From Nitrosopumilaceae archaeon (GTDB taxonomy: Archaea; Thermoproteota; Nitrososphaeria; Nitrososphaerales; Nitrosopumilaceae), in the NCBI GenBank assembly GCA_965209085.1, contig OZ242376.1, forward strand, positions 160,001-224,000: a stretch of 64,000 nt of DNA. The letters run 5' to 3'. The notes under the pieces are model-generated. The model ran no database searches and had not been told where the DNA came from. It saw only the letters and a program-made list of their open reading frames with translations. Each line of letters starts with the position of its first letter. Within the stretch, counting starts at the first letter, position 1. Shown here one piece after another: positions 59,959 to 64,000 of the stretch. The position numbers and the translations under genes were made by a program.

Positions 59959-60539
59959 TCGTTTTTTTCGGCAGAGTACTTTTTTGAGTTTAAACAGTTC
60001 CATGCGAGCGGGTCGTCTTTAACATCATCTTCATGGAGAAATTTTATATCCGTAACGGTTTTCTTGCGTTTGTGCAACCTGACCTGAAAGCTCTCAAACT
60101 TTGAACACTTGCAGTCCTCGTACAGACATGAATAATCATTCTCGTCGTGATCATCTTGGTCGTGTTCGCAGTCGCATATGGCATCATCTTTTGAATCTTT
60201 GAAATATTTTTTTGCATACGTGCCAAGTCTCAAATACGCTTCCCCGTCGTGGCCTTTTTTGAACCGTTCATAGTTTTCCGATATTGGAAGCTCTTTGCAC
60301 AAAAAGACGTTGGTGTCCGGTCTTGTGGATTCAGAACCTATCGCAAACCAGTATTTTTCGCCGGATTCTATAAACCGGGCCCTTATACTGTGATCGATCC
60401 ACCAGTGGCAGGTATCATTCCACATCTCGGTAACTTTGGACATTACATCAAACAGCGGTACGATATTCATCCTTAGATCGTAATACCTGTACGCCACACC
60501 AAGCAGATCATCCCTCCATTTGATTGCATTATCTGCCAT
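59943..60539 (-). CDS. Hypothetical protein with Cys/His metal-binding module
   Basis: CDCEHDQDDH...CLYEDCKCSKF; start moved to 60539. Confidence 0.8.
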   Translation of the reverse strand: MADNAIKWRDDLLGVAYRYYDLRMNIVPLFDVMSKVTEMWNDTCHWWIDHSIRARFIESGEKYWFAIGSESTRPDTNVFLCKELPISENYERFKKGHDGEAYLRLGTYAKKYFKDSKDDAICDCEHDQDDHDENDYSCLYEDCKCSKFESFQVRLHKRKKTVTDIKFLHEDDVKDDPLAWNCLNSKKYSAEKNDYTRT

Positions 60540-60593
60540 TGTGAATCCGTATAATGCACTAGGTATATTAATAATGATGAATGTACTATACCC

Positions 60594-60872
60594 ATGGCAA
60601 ATCGTACCCACATGATGATAGTAGCTGATCTTTTATCACTGACAAAAAATTCAGGGATGAATGGAATAAAACCAACCGTACTGCTCTCAAAGGCAAACCT
60701 GTCGCATTCGCGTCTCTCAAAACTGACTGAAAATCTGATCGGCACAGGTCTCATCTCAAAGATCACGTACGATGGCAAAAATACTTTTGTAATAACCGAA
60801 CGCGGTTCCACATATTTGGAACAATATGTGAAATTTTCCGAGATTGCAGAATCTTTTGGACTAGAAATGTAG
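60594..60872 (+). CDS. Winged-helix transcription regulator (HTH_45/ArnR1-like)
   Basis: RTHMMIVADLL...LLSKANLSHSRL...FVITERG. Confidence 0.9.
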   Translation: MANRTHMMIVADLLSLTKNSGMNGIKPTVLLSKANLSHSRLSKLTENLIGTGLISKITYDGKNTFVITERGSTYLEQYVKFSEIAESFGLEM

Positions 60873-60873
60873 A

Positions 60874-61068
60874 CTATTTTTTTGATTTTCGTCTTTCTCT
60901 TTTAATACGCTGGTGCTCTTTTCTGTTGTGCCACGTGGTGTATCCTATGACTCCTACGGAGCCGGCAAGCATCGTATAGAACATTGGGATGTTGAACTGT
61001 TTTGATGTGGCAGCTATTATCATGCCGGCGATCAAAAACGCCAGCATTACCATGGCATATTTCCCCAT
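60874..61068 (-). CDS. Small two-TM protein with basic tail
   Basis: Two hydrophobic helices and RIKRERRKSKK. Confidence 0.7.
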   Translation of the reverse strand: MGKYAMVMLAFLIAGMIIAATSKQFNIPMFYTMLAGSVGVIGYTTWHNRKEHQRIKRERRKSKK

Positions 61069-61127
61069 GATTACGGGTAATTAAAAAAAGATATAACTTT
61101 TTAGTATATGCGTATAAACAACCCCTC

Positions 61128-61316
61128 ATGGGTAAAGCACTTGAACTGGTGGGATTGGCGCTAATTGGAGGGACAATTCTGTCATTTACCACGTTAATTC
61201 CGCAAAAATCCGAGTTTGGTTGGCCGATATTTTGGATATGTGCCGGCGGAGCTTTGGGTATTATTTTGTACAGAAAAAAACAGCGATCGAAGGCGGCAAA
61301 ATCTTCTGCCGGATGA
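61128..61316 (+). CDS. Small two-TM protein with basic tail
   Basis: Two hydrophobic helices and YRKKQR. Confidence 0.65.
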   Translation: MGKALELVGLALIGGTILSFTTLIPQKSEFGWPIFWICAGGALGIILYRKKQRSKAAKSSAG

Positions 61317-61327
61317 AAATTATTGTA

Positions 61328-61452
61328 TAATTCTAACCCATTATTGTCAGCTGTGGACGCACCGATAGATCTATAAAGGAACAAATTTAATAATTTACAG
61401 TGCATAGCGGTAATTCTAACGAATGGTGGGTTGGTCTCCCCAAAGATCTACA
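61328..61452 (+). ncRNA. Candidate structured ncRNA (nested stems, possible pseudoknot)
   Basis: 13-bp stem 61333-61345/61422-61434 with three G-U pairs, inner stems, and complementarity between 61366-61372 and 61444-61450. Confidence 0.45.
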
Positions 61453-61474
61453 AGCGGATATTGAATCTGATTAA

Positions 61475-61548
61475 AGCCTCGAGTGGGATCTGAACCCACG
61501 ACCTAACGCTTACGAAGCGTTCGCTCTACCGGACTGAGCTACCGAGGC
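61475..61548 (-). tRNA. tRNA-Thr(CGT)
   Basis: GCCTCGG/TCGAGGC acceptor, AACGC-TT-CGT-AA-GCGTT, GTGGG-TTCAGAT-CCCAC. Confidence 0.96.
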
Positions 61549-61598
61549 GCAGCCAAAGTTGGTTAGAGTTTATAAAAAACCTTTGTGGATAAAATCGA

Positions 61599-62879
61599 AT
61601 GAAGAAAACCATCTCTGGAATACGCGGTATCGTTGGTGAGGATCTCTCCATTGCAGACGTGATGGAATTTTGCAGTAATTTTTGCACGTTTACCAATTCA
61701 AAATGCGTGATCGCACAGGATACAAGGCCAAGCGGTGCCATGTTAAAAGAGGCAGCGTGCGCTGCCATGATGCAAAACGGAACAGACGTGCTAGATTTGG
61801 GAATTACTCCAACCCCCGTGGTCTTTTGGGAGGCAAGAAGATGCGGTGCCGGAGTGGTTGTTACATCCTCGCACAATCCGTTAGAATGGAACGGTCTCAA
61901 ATTCATAATAAATGGGTGGGGAATAAACTCAGAGCAGTTGCGCACCATAGATACAAAACAGCACATCTCAAAGATAAAACACGGTTCAGTGTTCCCGCTT
62001 GATTCCCTGTATGTGGACAATGCTGCAAAAATGATTGCAGATACATGCGACAACGAGGTGGTGGTGGACATTGGAGGAGGCGCTGCGGCAAAAACGGCTC
62101 CGGAATTGTTGAAAAAACTCGGATGTACGGTGCATACAATAAACGAAGATCTTTCCAATACAGAACGCGGTCCGGATCCCACAGCGGATCCTCTAAACAA
62201 ACTTGTAGATGCCAGCTCAAAGTACGGGTTAGGCTTTGCATTTGATCTTGACGGGGACAGAATGGTGTTGGTGGTGGATGGAAAAAAACAGTCCCCAGAT
62301 GCAACACTTGCGTTGGGTGTTGCAAAAGCTCTGGATTTGGGAATAAGGAAATTCACATTGAGCATTGATACAAGTATTGCAGTTGAAAAAATTATTCTCG
62401 AAGGTGGTGCTGAGCTGACACGCTCCAGAGTGGGGGAGGCAAACGTAGTCGAAGAGATGCACAGAACCGGAGCGCGGGCCGGCGGCGAGGGAAGCAGCGG
62501 GGGATTTATTCTGCCCGAGTTTAACTATTGCCGAGACGGCATACTTGCGGCAGGTTTTGCTGCAACCATGGATTACAAACAGGTGCGCTCTATAGTTGAT
62601 GCGGTTTCAAAATACAGCCAGAGAAGGGAAAAAGTGGCGGTAAAATCATCAATGCACGGAGAGACTCTTGCAAAGGTTGCGAGCATTATGCAAAAACAGT
62701 ACAAAGTAATTACACTTGACGGGATAAAGGGAATCGTTGATGCGGACAGCTGGGTGCTGGTGCGCGCATCCAACACCGAGGATGTCATACGCGTGTCAGC
62801 TGAATCCAACGATGCAGCAAAGTCTGCAGAACTTGCGGCAAATACCAAAAGGACGGTGCTAGAGGCAGCTGCTAGCTGA
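61599..62879 (+). CDS. Phosphohexomutase (PMM/PGM/GlmM family)
   Basis: SGIRG, TSSHNP, FDLDGDR, GGEGSSGG, VRASNTE. Confidence 0.95.
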   Translation: MKKTISGIRGIVGEDLSIADVMEFCSNFCTFTNSKCVIAQDTRPSGAMLKEAACAAMMQNGTDVLDLGITPTPVVFWEARRCGAGVVVTSSHNPLEWNGLKFIINGWGINSEQLRTIDTKQHISKIKHGSVFPLDSLYVDNAAKMIADTCDNEVVVDIGGGAAAKTAPELLKKLGCTVHTINEDLSNTERGPDPTADPLNKLVDASSKYGLGFAFDLDGDRMVLVVDGKKQSPDATLALGVAKALDLGIRKFTLSIDTSIAVEKIILEGGAELTRSRVGEANVVEEMHRTGARAGGEGSSGGFILPEFNYCRDGILAAGFAATMDYKQVRSIVDAVSKYSQRREKVAVKSSMHGETLAKVASIMQKQYKVITLDGIKGIVDADSWVLVRASNTEDVIRVSAESNDAAKSAELAANTKRTVLEAAAS

Positions 62880-62901
62880 CGAGGATCTCATAACCGGAAT
62901 T

Positions 62902-63813
62902 ATGAGGCATGCATTCGGGATTACCGGATCAGAAAATGATATCGAATATGCGCGGATGGGCGCAGAAGGCATCGCCGTGGCAGTTGACACGATAACTTCC
63001 TCCTCTGATGTTCCAAAGGGAATGAGACCGTATGATGCGGCAAGAAAGAGCGTCATCTCATGTGTGAGCGATTTTGCAGCAAAGGGGACAAGGCCGCGGT
63101 TTGGGGTCGTCTCTGTAACGGTGCCGCCCTCGTATGATGTAAAATCCATCAAAGAGACGGCACGCGGCATTGCCGATGCGTCTAAAAAATTCAAAATTAG
63201 GATGCTTGGCGGCGATACAAGCTTTGGCGAGCTGTCAATAAGCGTCTGCCTCTTTGGACCCTCAAAAAATCCGGTTGGCCGTGGAGGGGCAAAAATTGGG
63301 GACGGAATATTTGTCACCGGACGGTTTGGTTATTCGGCTGCCGGACTACATTTGATGATGTCTGGAAAAAAACCGGCCGGATTGTTTGAGATTCGGGCAA
63401 AAAAGGCGTTTTGCAGACCTGATGCACGGCTGGATTTTGGCGCAGCATCTGCTGAACGTTTTAGCTCCTCGATTGATTCAAGCGATGGATTGGCCGTCTC
63501 GCTGCACGAGCTGGCAGGGGCCAGCGGAAAACAGTTTTTGCTGGAAAAAATTCAAATCCCGCCCGGTCTTGCAGAGTTTGCAAAAAAACACCGTATAGCA
63601 CAGGATAATCTTTTGTTTTACGGCGGCGAAGAGTATGAAATTGTCTTTACGGCACCGCAAAAACAATGGCCTGCAATATTCAGATTGGCTGCAAAACACC
63701 GCGCCTGTCTGGTTCGGATTGGAACAGTGAGGGCCGGCAGCGGGGTATCTCTGAAAACCGGCTCTGAAACGGCAAGGATCCTGCGTCGGGGCTGGAAGCG
63801 CCGCGCTATTTGA
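62902..63813 (+). CDS. thiL: Thiamine-monophosphate kinase
   Basis: VSDFAAKG, GGDT, GRGGAKIGD, IDSSDGL, GGEEYE; true start may be slightly upstream. Confidence 0.93.
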   Translation: MRHAFGITGSENDIEYARMGAEGIAVAVDTITSSSDVPKGMRPYDAARKSVISCVSDFAAKGTRPRFGVVSVTVPPSYDVKSIKETARGIADASKKFKIRMLGGDTSFGELSISVCLFGPSKNPVGRGGAKIGDGIFVTGRFGYSAAGLHLMMSGKKPAGLFEIRAKKAFCRPDARLDFGAASAERFSSSIDSSDGLAVSLHELAGASGKQFLLEKIQIPPGLAEFAKKHRIAQDNLLFYGGEEYEIVFTAPQKQWPAIFRLAAKHRACLVRIGTVRAGSGVSLKTGSETARILRRGWKRRAI

Positions 63814-63849
63814 AAACATTTATCAACGGTTCAAAAATCGCAGTCCATA

Positions 63850-64000
63850 GTGTCACTCATAACCACCTCCATATCTGAAGGAGTCTGTACGGTAACAATC
63901 AACCGTCCTGAAAAACTAAACGCCATGAATACGGACGTGGCAAAAGAAATTGTAACAGTTTTCAAGGATTTGGGAACCAACGATGACGTAAAGGTGATAA
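63850..64000 (+). CDS. Enoyl-CoA hydratase family, probably the HP/HB-cycle 3-hydroxypropionyl-CoA dehydratase (5' part, truncated by the window edge)
   Basis: GTG start; [33 protein letters not shown]...DDVKVI crotonase N-terminus. Confidence 0.85.
   Translation, partial: MSLITTSISEGVCTVTINRPEKLNAMNTDVAKEIVTVFKDLGTNDDVKVI

Noticed and set aside
61400-61434. HDV-like or theta ribozyme (CGGTAAT...CGAATGG resemblance, near a tRNA)
   Set aside because: Could not build P1/P3/P1.1, and the fold is on the strand opposite the tRNA
36501-61548. tRNA-anchored integrated elements
   Set aside because: No integrase and no duplicated tRNA 3' ends seen; flanking genes are housekeeping

Overview
Core-genome segment of an ammonia-oxidising archaeon (Nitrososphaerota/Thaumarchaeota, Nitrosopumilaceae-like). 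The assignment rests on an archaeal histone, Topo VI, TiaS, Dph2, an A-type ATP synthase, a Rieske/cytochrome b pair, a CFI-box-CTERM protein and the start of a 3-hydroxypropionyl-CoA dehydratase-like gene. The window holds about 70 tightly packed CDS, four tRNAs (iMet with two introns, Gly, Cys, Thr), one decayed IS481-family element whose terminal repeats and 15-bp target duplication are still visible, and a 15-bp coding tandem repeat. No rRNA or CRISPR array was seen. The best candidate for an undescribed system is 30826-32919: a winged-helix + ATP-cone + class III ribonucleotide reductase (NrdD) scaffold lacking the finger-loop Cys and the glycyl-radical motif, directly upstream of an intact class II RNR (nrdJ) with a GATC-rich spacer between them. 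It looks like a pseudo-enzyme repurposed as a nucleotide-sensing regulator. Other leads are two candidate structured ncRNAs beside tRNA genes, an unannotated 22-aa acidic micropeptide, and a divergent MscS/KamA-like pair. All assignments come from motif recognition by eye; no searches were run.
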